Assembly (NCBI GenBank): GCA_030141605.1
Contig: JAQGDQ010000381.1
Coordinates: 100,692 to 164,691 of the forward strand
DNA length: 64,000 bases
DNA from: Tubiluchus corallicola
Taxonomy: Eukaryota; Animalia; Priapulida
Direction of reading: 5' to 3'
The notes below the pieces were generated by a model that saw only the letters and a program-made list of their open reading frames with translations, was not told the DNA's origin and did no database searches. Shown here one piece after another: positions 45,124-58,000 of the stretch. Position numbers and translations under genes: made by a program. The stretch's first letter is position 1; the number at the start of each line of letters is the position of its first letter.

Positions 45124-48100
45124 CTAAAAAACATAATGAAATGAAATGTACTTATTATTATTATGCATCCTAAAGCTTGCGAAAGACTAATTGTGTGCCC
45201 AGAGGTGACAGCGGGCAATCGCCCCCAGGTTACAACGATAATTAAAACTGCATTATGAAACTACAAAGTAGAATACATGAAAAATTGGGTCACATGTCCA
45301 TTTTTTGTTTTTCATAAAAGTAAATGGAAAATATATTGGATTTTCATGTTCTAGCATCAAAATGTCAAGAAATTGTTTTGAAAATATTAAAAACTGAATT
45401 TAATAATACCCGACCCGCTCCTCTGCCTAAAAACTACTACCTCATTTGTCAAAAACATCTATTTTCAAACTCTGATAGTAGCTGGTGGAAGCAATCGTTT
45501 TGCTTACGGTTTTTTCTGTTGCCAAGCTCGGGCATTTGTTTGCAAGAACCATCTACTGGATTTAAACGTAAGTTCAAGGTGTTCTCGCAAAGACCACAGC
45601 AACTGCACTCTTGTGCAATTGTTAAATGTTTTTATAGAAACATGATAAAAAACAATGGCTGACTTTAACAGTGATTTTCTCAAGATTATGTTTTTCAATG
45701 TGCAGCCTGCATCTCAACATCAATGTGGATTATCTCAGCTTAGAAATAACATAGAGCGTTGAACTTGGTATCAAAATGATCCTCATAAATTGGAGATTCA
45801 GGACATGTGAATAACTAAAAAAGCTTAACTGCCAATTTTTCGGGCATTTTTGCTGTGCAAGTGCAACTTGAATTACCAATTAACTTGAAACTAATTACGA
45901 AAAGTGAAATAACCGTTTACCTCGTTGTTAATTTCGCTGACATCTTTTTCCTCAGCTTCAGCAACATCAGCAATCAGCTGCATCTGTAACATGACTCTAT
46001 CTAAACGTGCTTGCATCTCTTCTCTGCTCATGGAATCACCGCCGGCAGCAGCCTTTGCTAACTTTGCAGCTTTTCCTAGATAAACAGTCAACTAATGACT
46101 CTTATAAAAGATTTCTTAACCCTTTCATACCCATTGTATCCCGTGGGATATGAGAATATTTTCTGCCTTTAAAATTAATGAAATTTTAAAACTGACAGTT
46201 ATTTGATCTGTTAATAGTTATTTTGATTTAAGTCAATAACAATAGACTAAAAATGGTGATAAAATGCCAAACTAGAAAATCTACATAGCATAAAAAACTG
46301 TGCAAGGTACAGTACTTTAGAAACAACTTTGTACAGATCAGCATAGCATGAATACTAAATGTCTTAAATACTTTAAGAAATTATCAGCAGTTGCAAAATG
46401 AAGCACATTTTATGCTTCCATTGAATCCCAATGTATCTCGTGGGATACAGGCTATATTTAGCACACGGGCACAGGTAGAAAAAAATAATTATGTGTAAAC
46501 AAGATGGACATACTGAACAAAAGTACCAGGCCAAAAAATTTTTTCTTACTACAAAAATAATTTGGGACTGAAAGGGTTAATAATTATATTGACTTATTTC
46601 AGTAACATGGCATAAGTCTTTTCACAGTTTTGCTGTGTGCGCTCACAGTTGCTGTAGGTTAAGTGTACCATAGAAATGCATCTTTACAACCGTTACATGA
46701 CATGTGCGTAAAACAAATCCGTCTGCCACATCAGTTCAGTAACTTCAGTTGTTTTACGTGGACTTTACTTAATTATGTATTACTCTGTACATAGAGTGAT
46801 GTACTAGCAGGATCTTGCTTTGGACAACAAAAAATGAACTAGATAAGGTTCTGTCTAGCTGTTAAAACCTTTACTATTACAACAGCTTCAGCTGCGAGGC
46901 GTTATCAAGTGTACACAAATTAATGTGGGACTGAAAGGGTTAAAATGTTTCTGTATGTACTTAAAGTGCGACGCATAATCAAATTTACTCAAATCAAATT
47001 TACTCAATGATGCAGCAATATACAGATGGGAAATTGTCGTTGCCTAGGTGATTTAGTGAGTTATGAAGCTTGTGTCAGCCATTTTCTCTGATTGGCTTGC
47101 TGATCAGGCGAGTTTTAGTCACTTCAATATCACAAAGTAATATTTCTTTTGAATTTTTCACAGGTGGGTGAAGCGTATATTGACCTGCATCTGGTTGTAG
47201 TTCGGGAGATGTAGACACATGCTCTCCTGTGCAAAATGTTATGCATCCAAAACATGCGCTTTCTTTTGAATGTTTCCATCTGATAGTAAAATAAGCTAAT
47301 GCCATTCTTTATCACTGTCATGCTGAAATTTCAACAGAGATATGGCTACCGAAAATTATTACTTAAAATTTTCACGAACAGCAACCAAAAATGGCATACC
47401 ATAACGTTCACGGACACATGGAAACAGTCAACATACATCGTGCATCACACATTACGCACAAATGTCATCTTTAATGTTAAACGAAAAACTCATATTTTTT
47501 CCTACAACAACTAAGTTCTGTGTGGGTTGCCAAAGCAAAAAAGAACTCAGTGGCTGTGATTATTTTGTCAACAATGTCCCACTGAACCCTCAGCAGAGAC
47601 ATGGGGTTCCAGTTTTCACAGACAGATAATACATATCATGCATTATGTATCACGTATTACGGAATGCTACCTTTATTCTGTTAAATCAACATTAATGCAC
47701 AAAACATGTCTGAATAAACAGCTCTAGCACTACAGTGTTCCCTCACTTATCGCGGGCGTTTCGTTCTGGGCCCACCTGCGATAAGCGAATTTCCGCGAAG
47801 TAGGGACGCTATACTTATTTAATACTTACACGTTTGGGTGGCATTGTAGGGCTTGAATAAAATAGTCTCTAACGGAAATTTCTCAAATAGCACACAAGAA
47901 AACAAATTGCACGGTACCTGAGCCAATCAGCGACTGGGATACAGAGGAGCATTCTCTGGTTGGTCGCTTTCCATCAATCAACCAATTTTGTGTTGTGTAC
48001 AATCTCACGTCAACAAGTAGCATTTCAATCGGGCGCAAGTATTACATTTCGTTTTTGGTGTGTATTCATCCGCCGAAAAAATACACTATTTAACGTAAAT

Positions 48101-51100
48101 GGTAATTTTTTATAATTTATAATATTCTTTGAAAACCCGCGAAACAGCGATAAACGAACCGCGAATTAGCGAGGGAACACTGTACTTTTTGACACATTAA
48201 AGGAAAATCGAACAATTGTTTAGACTCAAAGTTTTTTAATTCACTGTCCAAAGTATACATTTTCGTGCCTATAAAAGTTAATAAGCGTTTCTAATATTTG
48301 AATAATTACCTCGGAAAGTTAATTAACGGCAACCGAGAACAGCTATCACTTATGTCACAAACTAACCACTATGTGCAATAGTAAGCATCTTCCCTTCCAT
48401 CAAGCATATTTGTGTAAGCGAAGATTGCTATAAGACGCTGATGTGATGTTACGAAAATAGGCTCTACGTCACATTGACGTCGCAGACGAACACTGCAGTT
48501 CATGATCATGCTTATCACGGTACAGCACCTATTTGTCGGCCACAGAAATGTGTCAAAAAGGCACCATTGGCAGTTTTAGTGGATTCGCTGAGCTGGGCAT
48601 AGCTTAGAAAGTTTAACAAAATTTAACATTACTTAACGTAAGCTTTGAATTAAAAAAAGCTATTGTAAATTTGAATATCTTAGAACATACGTGAACTAGT
48701 GTCGACACAATCGTCCGGTTTTCCTTTAAGAGGAAAAGTTGTTCTCCCTGCAGGTGCTACGTTACTTTCCGCAAAACATAAACATTTGATGGTAAAATTT
48801 GATTGACAAACCTATCTTCTCCAAATCCTCAAGTACACCGCTCTTTACCACCTTGTCAGACAAAAGATTCATTTGCTGCATAATTTTGTTCATAGCTGCT
48901 TCAGTTTCTTCAAGCCTCACTTGCAACTCTCTCATTTCATCAGCACCTAAAATCAAGTAAAAATCATCGTTTTCACAGCGAAATGGCTTCGCAAACGTTA
49001 GGTCTGTCGTAAGTTCTGTACTGTATTAGTGGTTTCTCTAAGAATGAAATGGCCTGCAATTGACTAGATTTATTAATTTGCATAAATTTTCACCTGAAAT
49101 GCACTGAATGCTGAAGCCAGTGGAAAACCATGGGGTTTCTCTATGAAACGAATTTTTTGCCATGGGTTATCGCAAAAAATTGATTTTTATGTAAATTTTC
49201 TGATTTTGTGAAAGTGTCGACATTTATCTTAAGTCTTCTGCATGAAATAGGCCTAATCTATCTATTTGTAAGGTTTATTGCATAGCCCTCCAGTCCGGGT
49301 AACTCACCCTAGTAACTTTATAATCCTATTATAATTTACAACCAACCCGAATATCAGCACTTCACTATGAAAAAGAATCAATTTGCTTTCATTTTTATGA
49401 CTGCCTTTTGAGACATTAGGGATAATTTTTTTAGAAGAATAGGCATTATTTACCTTGTTAACCTTGTTTACCTTGTTAACTAGTTACAAAAACTCTGTTA
49501 TCATCAAGCTTAAGATTATGTAATAAAATCTTCGGGTAAAAATCATCAAGAAATATTGATGAAAACTGGAAATACAGTAAGTTATGTTGCTTAAAACTTG
49601 CATTAAAGTACAATAAAAGGGGTACCTGAAGTAGGTTTCAGAAAAATTGCCTTAAAAATTACATTACTTCATAGCAATTTTATGCGTATGTCTTACTCGT
49701 GTTGAAAAGAATTTTAGTTTGTTTTCATTTTAAATCTCCCGCAATACTGTTCCGAAGTCGCCATTACATGACGTCATGTACCAAACGTAAATCAAGGGAA
49801 GAAAAGGCAATGTTAAATTATATCTCAAAAGACTTTCCGTGCAAATCTATATTACTTAGATTTTCACTTAACTGCTAGAAAGACTTATGTAACTAGAAAA
49901 GAGAGAAATATTAATTATTTAAAATGTTTTCACCAATTGGTAAAATGTCGCTGACTCGCCCTCCAGGGTGCGCCACTCACTAACCAAAACGTATTTTTAA
50001 TCTTATTGACAAGATACAGTAATTTTAAATTTTATTTACTTAGTGACTTTTGCGCTACGAATGCTCTGATTATTTTTTCAAACTTTACAAAATGTTATCT
50101 AAAATTGTGTCGAATGACCTGTGCATCTAACGGTCATCGCGGGAGTTTAAATTTACATGTTCTATACAGCGTGACTGCCGATTGAAGTCCTGTATGCAAC
50201 AAGCCAGTATGTAAGTGATATAAAATTTCAAAACGAATTTTTATGTGTCTGAAGGGTTTTCTTGTGCTTTAAAGAACAGGCTTCATGAAACAATGTGTCT
50301 AAAAATTGACTGCAACATCTGAGGACATTGTGTTGCTCGTTAGTGGCAAGCAACATCACAAAAATTATTCAAGTTTACTAGTCAAATGACATAATGCATT
50401 GACTAAATTCTCTAACTAAATCTGCTGCTGCTTTGTTAATGCCGCAAGACTTTTACTCGTCTTTTGCAAGTAGTATGTTGTCATGGAAACGACTCAGTAT
50501 CTGCGTGAGTGAATTTAAACGCAAATCAAGTTGCATTTATTGGGGCTTAAACAGATTTTTACTGCAGAATAAAGTTGTGAGATGCACGTTACAAATTTTC
50601 ATAGCAAATTGTTTGCTTGGTTTGTATTGCTGTATGTGTTCTGTTACTTCATCATTTCATTACCTCTGCCACTTATTTATACCTACCTGTTAGAGGGCTT
50701 CTTTTACCTATGCAGAAAAACAATGCCTGTTTTGGACAGTTGAGTTGATAGGTCAGACGTTCGTTGTTGGTCTGGCCAGTGGGCATGTTCCGCTGGACAG
50801 TTAACGCACTTGTCTGTAAAAGCTGGTACACGATCTGAAATGTAACTTCTGTGGCAGGAAGAACTGAGCTAACTGTAGTTTTTGGCAAAAAGGACAGTGT
50901 TCTGGTTGTACATCCTGTTACCGATAAGTCTCATTGCTGTTACAAGGTTTGTAAAGCTGATCAAGCCACAGAAGTGTGATGTTATTCCATTCCAGTCAGC
51001 TGTTGGTACGTTGTTGTTGTTGTAGACTACAAGAGGGTTGTTGGATGCTGTTGAATAGCTGTCATTACCTGCGTTGTTATGATGGATGGGGGATTGCGTT

Positions 51101-53712
51101 ACCATAACCGCCACATTGAACTTTTATTGTGGAATTATTTATTTCAATTGTGCTTTTGTTTCAGCAGTGAAAAACCGTTGAATAAATTATTATTTTTGAT
51201 CAATACATAAGAATTAGGGATGCCTAAAGCCCGGGAAATTACAATAGCCCTGCACTTACTGATAAATCTTTCATCTTGTCTTTTGTTGCCTCCGGCCCGC
51301 CGTCGCCGTAACCATTCCACGTAATCTGGATCCAGACCGTACTGATCAAGATCATCAATTTCAAACCTTTTTTCTTTTTCATTGTACTTTAGATTTTTAT
51401 AGTAATTTCTCAGATATACGTCATCTTTCGGTTCTCGATTTACGAACGCCTATAACGTAAAATAACCATAATTTACACTGCTGATAGAAACATTCGTTGA
51501 ATTTTAATAATCTTATTTTTTTCAGACAAATCGAATAAAAAAACTGTTTCATCAGACATAAAACAAAAAAAAAAATCACACCTGAGCACTTGAACTTCAC
51601 TGGCTTTATTAAGCATTGTTCCAAACCATGGTCTAACAAATTGCATATCAGCAGGTTTATTAGAACAATATTTGAAAAGTGTCTAGTGTTTAATAGTATC
51701 TGATACTTGATAAAACCAAACTGGTAAATGTTGCATAAATTTTCAATTCACGAGATAAAGCTTTTTTATTTACTGTATATATACATATATTGTTACCAGA
51801 TGAGTGTTTTATCATTATTTGTACTACTTACTCTGAAGTCAACTTACTTTGAAAAATGTGTACATGAGAAAGATGACAATCCCGACTGCGCACACGGGCA
51901 GATACGTGTGCATTGTGCTTTTGCTCGTATCCCCGTGACCAGCTGCTGTCATTCTAGCTGCTCTCATACCAGGATGACCACCAGGGTGCGGGCGATCCTA
52001 AAGTGAACGTTTCGTTAGCTCGGTCCGACATATGCAGCACGACTATTCGCTATTCAAAATTTTTAACATTTCCAACAATCAAATGAAAAAATTACCATGC
52101 CGCCATCTGCATAGAGCGTCCGAGTCGGTTCCGAGGTCTTGATGGTCTTCACGGGTTGTCCTCGCAGGGGTGTAGGTATAAAGTCATCTAAAGGAATAGT
52201 AAGACAAGCATTTGATAATGTTTATAACAGTGACATGTCCAATGCATCTGCTAGCTCTGGCAGAAAAAGCCTCGTACCCAAACTCATTTTCACTCCCTTC
52301 CACAGAAAGTACATTAGTCATAAGTCATTTATTTCACCTTACACATTTACAATGGTTATACATACAATATCTAGTGAAAGGGCCTACAATGGATATAATA
52401 CAAATAAGAAATACTGCACAGGAAAAGCCTCAAACACTGTTCACTTATACACGAAGGTAAATGTGTTGCGGGTAATCAAGAAGCAGGGCTTGTTAGATTG
52501 TCCCACACATTGATAGAAAAAAAAGTAATGGAGATAATCTGAAAATTTAAAGTGAATCGTGATAAAAAAAACGTTAGTGCTTAAAATGGAATGATGTAAT
52601 GAATGAAACTCATACATGGAATGATATAAAAGATAGAAAGACTATTATTTTTTAATAGTATGTAAAATTAAAATAACTTGATTAAGCTAACACCGCTGTT
52701 TTGCAACTACTGTGAGGACTTGAGATCTTGCATGTCCAGGGCTTTTGAAACAGAGTTTATAATAATGCAATACACTCATTACTGATATGAACAGCTTGTT
52801 CACCTAATTACCTAAATATAGGGTTACCATACGTCTGGGTTTCCCCAGACACGTCCTCTTTTTGGGCCTCTGTCCAGGCGTCCGGGAGAGTTTTCAAAAA
52901 ATCAGTAGTTTGTCCGGGTTTTGCCTCAATCCGTAAGTATGTACGAACGTTGCCAACTGCAGAGGCGTACGACAGTACGAGACAAAGAAAAGCTCGTTAA
53001 TTTTCAATACAAGATGTTGCTAACATCTCAAAATGCAACCCTTGTAAAAGCTTTGTGTACGTATTTACTGAACAAAAGTAAGCGATGCGCACATCACTGT
53101 GTGTCACACGACTTACACCGCTGTCGATACTCGGTGTAAAGACTTAAAATGACGTCAGCTTCCGGGAGCCATTTTGTTTGTTTTTATGTGAATATCTGTG
53201 CAGTCGACCGAAATTGCTGAAAGCAATTCGGTCTTCGGAAAATTATTCTTGGTCTCAGCCTCGGGCTCAGTCAAGTTCAAGCGTAACTGTTTCTGACAGC
53301 CAAGAAGAAGCAGGCGACTAACACTTGCAGTGTGTTAATGTTTTCTGTAGTATAGCCATTTGGTATTGCTATTTAGAATACATGTAGGCCTATTTGTATA
53401 ATTTGCATTGTTTTAATAGACCCTAGACTAATCATTTTTGCCTACTTACAAGTGTGCGAAAAAGTGTCCTCTTTTTCAACTCAGACAATATGGTAACCCT
53501 ACCTAAATGAGCCCAATGAATTACATCAGCGTCATACCTGTTTGTTTTCTTTGTTCAGTAAAGAAAGCACTTTTTACTATAGGGTAAAATATTTTTGGAA
53601 ATAGCACAGCAAAACAGCAACCAACAATGGCAAATACTATTATAACAGAATTTCGCCCTTCTCCAAAAGCCATCTTGTTATTTTTTGTTAGCAACTCAGC
53701 TCCTGCTGCCAT
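44494..53712 (-). CDS. RIC3: RIC-3 acetylcholine receptor chaperone, whole gene, 7 coding exons, about 508 aa
   Basis: complement join(53712-53538,52187-52096,51997-51848,51449-51260,48946-48812,46075-45921,45123-44494) = 1527 nt with consistent phases. TM1 IVFAIVGCCFAVLFPKIFYP, Pro/Gly linker HPGGHPGM, TM2 LPVCAVGIVIFLMYTFFK, coiled coil LQVRLEETEAAMNKIM, acidic tail. Confidence 0.92.
45288..45866. mobile_element. Second, partial copy of the MITE at 13070-13729
   Basis: Colinear blocks such as GGATTATCTCAGCTTAGAAATAA and GAGATTCAGGA. Confidence 0.75.
45921..46075 (-). CDS. RIC3: RIC3 exon 6
   Basis: (G)KAAKLAKAAAGGDSMSREEMQARLDRVMLQMQLIADVAEAEEKDVSEINNE|GTAAAC. Confidence 0.87.
46120..46576. 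mobile_element. piggyBac-type MITE
   Basis: TTAA|CCCTTTCATACCCA ... TGGGACTGAAAGGG|TTAA. Confidence 0.85.
46613..46920. mobile_element. PIF/Harbinger-like MITE, copy 3 (truncated)
   Basis: TAAGTCTTTTCACAGTTT start; colinear with 16300-16600. Confidence 0.7.
47038..47530. mobile_element. Unclassified dispersed repeat, related to 62826-63616
   Basis: Shared TTGC.TAGGTGATTTAG, AACCAAAAATGGC, ACTAAGTTC.GTGTGGGTTGC. Confidence 0.65.
47733..48182. mobile_element. pogo/Tigger-like MITE, complete
   Basis: TA|CAGTGTTCCCTCACTTATCGCGG ... CCGCGAATTAGCGAGGGAACACTG|TA. Confidence 0.9.
48201..48725. mobile_element. Kolobok-like MITE (AGG...CCT, TTAA TSD)
   Basis: TTAA|AGGAAAATCG ... CCGGTTTTCCT|TTAA. 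Confidence 0.6.
48812..48946 (-). CDS. RIC3: RIC3 exon 5 (coiled coil)
   Basis: (S)ADEMRELQVRLEETEAAMNKIMQQMNLLSDKVVKSGVLEDLEKI G|GTTTGT. Confidence 0.92.
51260..51449 (-). CDS. RIC3: RIC3 exon 4
   Basis: AFVNREPKDDVYLRNYYKNLKYNEKEKRFEIDDLDQYGLDPDYVEWLRRRRAGGNKRQDERFI A|GTAAGT. Confidence 0.88.
51848..51997 (-). CDS. RIC3: RIC3 exon 3 (TM2)
   Basis: DRPHPGGHPGMRAARMTAAGHGDTSKSTMHTYLPVCAVGIVIFLMYTFFK|GTAAGT. Confidence 0.92.
52096..52187 (-). CDS. RIC3: RIC3 exon 2
   Basis: DDFIPTPLRGQPVKTIKTSEPTRTLYADGGM|GTAATT; phases 1-0 fit the neighbours. Confidence 0.85.
52819..53501. mobile_element. hAT-type MITE, complete
   Basis: TIRs TAGGGTTACCATA / TATGGTAACCCTA; TSD CCTAAATA / CCTAAATG. Confidence 0.9.
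53538..53712 (-). CDS. RIC3: RIC3 first coding exon (TM1)
   Basis: TAG|ATG MAAGAELL...IVFAIVGCCFAVLFPKIFYPIVK...KQT G|GTATGA. Confidence 0.92.
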
Positions 53713-54894
53713 CTATATTTAAGGTATACACTTCTGATACATAATATAATAATATATACCCTATTGTTCATTATTTTAATATTTTATATTTCTGTTTGAT
53801 CTAACGCCGTTAACTTTGTGACAATTATTAAATTGTTTAACTGATTCACATAAATTTGTATAATAAACCAAAAAAATAAACAAAAAATTACTCTTGTTAT
53901 ATTTAGTGTCCAATCCCAATGTTTAAGTTTTAACAGACTTTTAGGTCGTATGAATAAAATTTTAAGCCTTGCTTGCCTTGTAGTTCTACTGCGTGCCTTG
54001 TGCCGTATAATATACCTTACAATTTATATATTATAATTAGTCTTAGACTCATTATAATTATTTATATTTATAATAATAATAATATAATTATTTTTGATTA
54101 AAATTAATTAGGCATAACATCTTTTGTCATTTTGTAATAATTGACGGGTACATTGTCAGGGGCAGTTGCTTTGTTGATATTAAGATATGCCAGTGTTCTT
54201 TGTACTCTGTTCATTTCTATAGGTGTGAGGAAAAATGAGTTAGGGTTCGGTTAATTGTTATAGAAAATCAGTAAAGTCGATACCTGGTGGTGTATTTATT
54301 TTACTAGCTAGAGTTGTTCCAATAGTAGCAAAAAAGTATTGAGAATATCTGCTATTTGCGCAGGATCTATAGTCATTGTTCCATTGTATCTCAGTTCTGT
54401 TGGCAGTATTTGTTTTTTATTTGAATAATATCGTTAATAGTGTTATTTTTGTCATTACGCATTTTTGTAATACATTTTTGGACTGTTCTTTGATATCATT
54501 CAATTTGTTGGGGTAAGTCTTATACTGTTTATATAATGACCTTGACAATTTATGTATAGTATACATTCTGTTTCTCTGTTTTATTAACGTCGATATTGCT
54601 GGGGTAATCTATGGTTATCTATGGATACATTTAAGAAATTTGAACAAATGCATCGCAAAGCATGTATGCATTATTTTTAGCAGATAAAAAATATAAATTA
54701 CATAGTCTTATATCTTGATGAAATGAGGTTGGATGCTTGCTTTCGGTTTTATAGTCTGGTAAGCAACAATAACTTTTGTAAAAAATGGTAATTGAAATAA
54801 TCATTAATGCATGCAGCAGTGACCGATAATTAATCATTTGTTAATAGTTAGATAATCAATTGTTTGTTTTCAAACAATTGATTATCAAAAAAAT

Positions 54895-54994
54895 GCTCAC
54901 CCTTACCAGTATCTACTGAATTTGTCGTGGAAAACACAAAAGTGAATATGCGTACTGTCCGACCAGAGGTGCCAACGTTGTTACAGCTTACAGC
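54895..54994. promoter_or_regulatory. Candidate compact bidirectional promoter and RIC3 non-coding first exon
   Basis: Minus-strand donor CTG|GTAAGGGTGAGC at 54907/54906, 88 bp from the CNOT11 ATG; RIC3 ATG is directly preceded by an AG. Confidence 0.45.
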
Positions 54995-55032
54995 ATGGCG
55001 TTGACTCCGCAGGAATTGTCATCATTATTAAG
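54995..55032 (+). CDS. CNOT11: CNOT11 exon 1
   Basis: [14 protein letters not shown]|GTAAAT. Confidence 0.9.
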
Positions 55033-58000
55033 GTAAATAAATAAATACCTTGGACTGAAAAACATTTATGAAAGGGGTTTTTTCTTCAATTTAGGCCTGA
55101 GTTGATCCCCGAGAAATGCGGTAACACTTCTAGTAATTGAACGTGGATTTTACCGATTTTTTGGGGTTTTTTGCATGTCTCTCTTTGGATAGATGCCTTA
55201 ATCTATGTTTAATTCATGATTTTCGTATTTATAAATATTGTATCAGCCTGGTGCGCAATATTATTGTTATCATTACTGCTACATTTACAACTGCACGTTT
55301 GTGTTATGCAGGATCAGAGATTAAAGTCTGTAGCAAAAGAGAATTTTTTTGAAAAGAAATGTTGGCCTTTAATTCAAGAAAATTAAACCTATTGTAACTA
55401 CCACTATAGTCTAAATTGAAGTTGCGATATGGCTTGCCACACAGCACTGAAAGTCGACAAAAATTTTTTAGGATCATGAAACTTTGTGATAGATTTGCAG
55501 GATTACAAGATTAGAAATTATGTTAAAATGAACTTACTGGTATCAATTCTAGTCTTATTTTTACATTTCTCTATTTCAGTTTTCCCTTGTATGTAAAATA
55601 TGTATCATTTACGCGTTACATTTTGCTCGGATTTTCTTATTACTCTAGAAATGTTACATATGAAATTAATGCATAATGTTTCGTCTGTAATGTGGCATAC
55701 ATTTTTCATTATCCTTATGTTGCAGCATCTTATCAGAGGATGCTTGTGAGATGCAACCCTTTGAGGTTATTGGATCTAATTTTCATCAGTACTTTCAAAG
55801 AGTGGATCACTTCAAACTGGGGATGAGTATGGTAATTAGGATACGGAATAGTCGTTATAAAATTAATAACATTTTTCATTAGCAAATTGAAATTGACATA
55901 TGCAATACGCGTGCACACAGACATGTACATTTTCTTGTCGTCATTATATAAATGTTTTAAACTTGTTTTGTGTTCATCAGGGTGTAAAAGAAAAGAAAAG
56001 TTTGCTGGGTTTATTTTACTGTTATCACCTAAACTTAGAAAAATATAACAAAGAAATTTGTAAAGAAACTGCCTGTTAAGCACAAATTTAAAATATTATT
56101 TAAATTTTAAGTAAACTACCACTGGCATAGTGGCTTTCTGTACGTGCGCGCTGCCGTCACTGGTGCACCCCCACTAATTTTATCTATGAGCGTCACTGGT
56201 GCACCCCCACTATGAGCCACAACTGTTGCTTTGTACTTGAATTTGATTGAAGTTGTTTTTACAGGTGTTGCTGTTGCAGCAACCGGATCTACTCCCTCAT
56301 CCCACACAGAGACTCACTGCTATATATCTCATTTATGAAATGTACAAAACGGAGCCCGTAGCTTCTACTCCTTTTGCGCAAATGTTTGTGTATCTCATGG
56401 TAAGCATGTTTTCAAGAAGTGAATCTGATAACATAATCAAAGCAGTTCGAACAAGAATCTGTATTATAGCCACTGTTGCATATATAGTACATCCTCACTT
56501 AACAACTCCTCGCTTAGCGACGTTTCATTTTAACCATGCTGACCTTTTGACACCCTTTTTCACGTAACGACGCACGTTTCACTTTAATGACACACGTTTC
56601 ACTTAACAACTCCCCGCTCAGCGACGTTTCGTTTTAACCATGCTGACCTTTTGACACCCTTTTTCACTTAACGACGCACGTTTCACTTTAATGACACGCG
56701 TTTCACTTAACGACGCACATTTCACTTTAATGGCACGCGTTTCACTTAACGACGCACGTTTCGCTTAACAACGTACGTTTCACTTTAATGGCACACGTTT
56801 CACTTAACAACTCCCCGCTTAGCGACGTTTCGTTTTAACCATGCTGACCTTTTGACACCCTTTTTCACTTAACGACGCACGTTTCACTTTAACGACGCAC
56901 GTTTCACTTTAACGACTCACGTTTCACTTAACGACTCACGTTTCACTTAACAACGCACGTTTCACTTTAACGACTCACGTTTCACTTAACGACGCACGTT
57001 TCACGTAACAACGCACGTTTCACTTTAACGACAATTTCTTTACTTTATCAATGACATTTGTACCTAATTTGATACATTAAAATGGTACATATTTTACTAT
57101 TTTGTTGTAAAACTGCTCTAGTAATGTAAACAGTGTAATTATTATATACGTTTTTGCTTCTCATTTGTCTTCTAAATGCTAGCCGTTTATATCTGGAACC
57201 TCTGTTATTATCTCTTTATAAGTGAGATCTGGGAGCAAACTTTATGCAAGCAACCTGTTGCTATAGCAACCACACTAAGTATGTAGGTGAAATTCCAGGG
57301 GTGTCCCGGGCCATGGTTTTTACTCAGCTGCAGTGTTTATTGTTTAACCGCTGCCGACTTAAACGTTAATGAAAGAGAAACCGCTAAAGCTACGTAATGG
57401 TAAGTAAGATGTATAGGTGGTTTCAGGCAAACAGAAAGAAATTAATCAGTAGAAATATGAATAAAACTCTTAAAATGTTTAACTATTGTGATTTAACTTG
57501 ATTTTGCTGCTGGAACGTATCACATTTCTTTTGCATTACTTTTTGTGGAAGTCTTGTCTTCACGTAATGATGTTTCACTTAACGTCATGTTTAGCGTTGT
57601 TAAACGAGGACTTACTGTATAGAAATAAAAATACGTATTTTTAGTAATTTTCCAGATCTCTTATACCTGTTTATTTATCTATTCATTGTTTCTGGCAGAA
57701 TCCTCCTGATGAGGCCAGTAAGGGTCCTGGGAAGAGAGAGTTTGCTGGCGCCTTGCCAAGAATATCACAACCAGAGAAGGCATTTCTGTCACAGATTCTC
57801 ACAAACGGCCCACATGTTAAAGAGGTGGGTTTTCAAAATTTGCCGACTTGTGATCATCTTTGAGAGTAATGAGCTTCATTTTTATTGCATATTGTAAATG
57901 TAAGATGAAGCTTCATAAAACGTTAGAGGAAAATCAGACCCCATCTTAAAAAACAATCGTCTTTTTTCAAATATTGAAAAGAATCATACTATTTTTTCAA

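Noticed and set aside
50673-51114. Two adjacent minus ORFs in RIC3 intron 4
   Set aside because: No recognisable motif, different frames, and exons 4 and 5 join in phase without them; could be a decayed TE.
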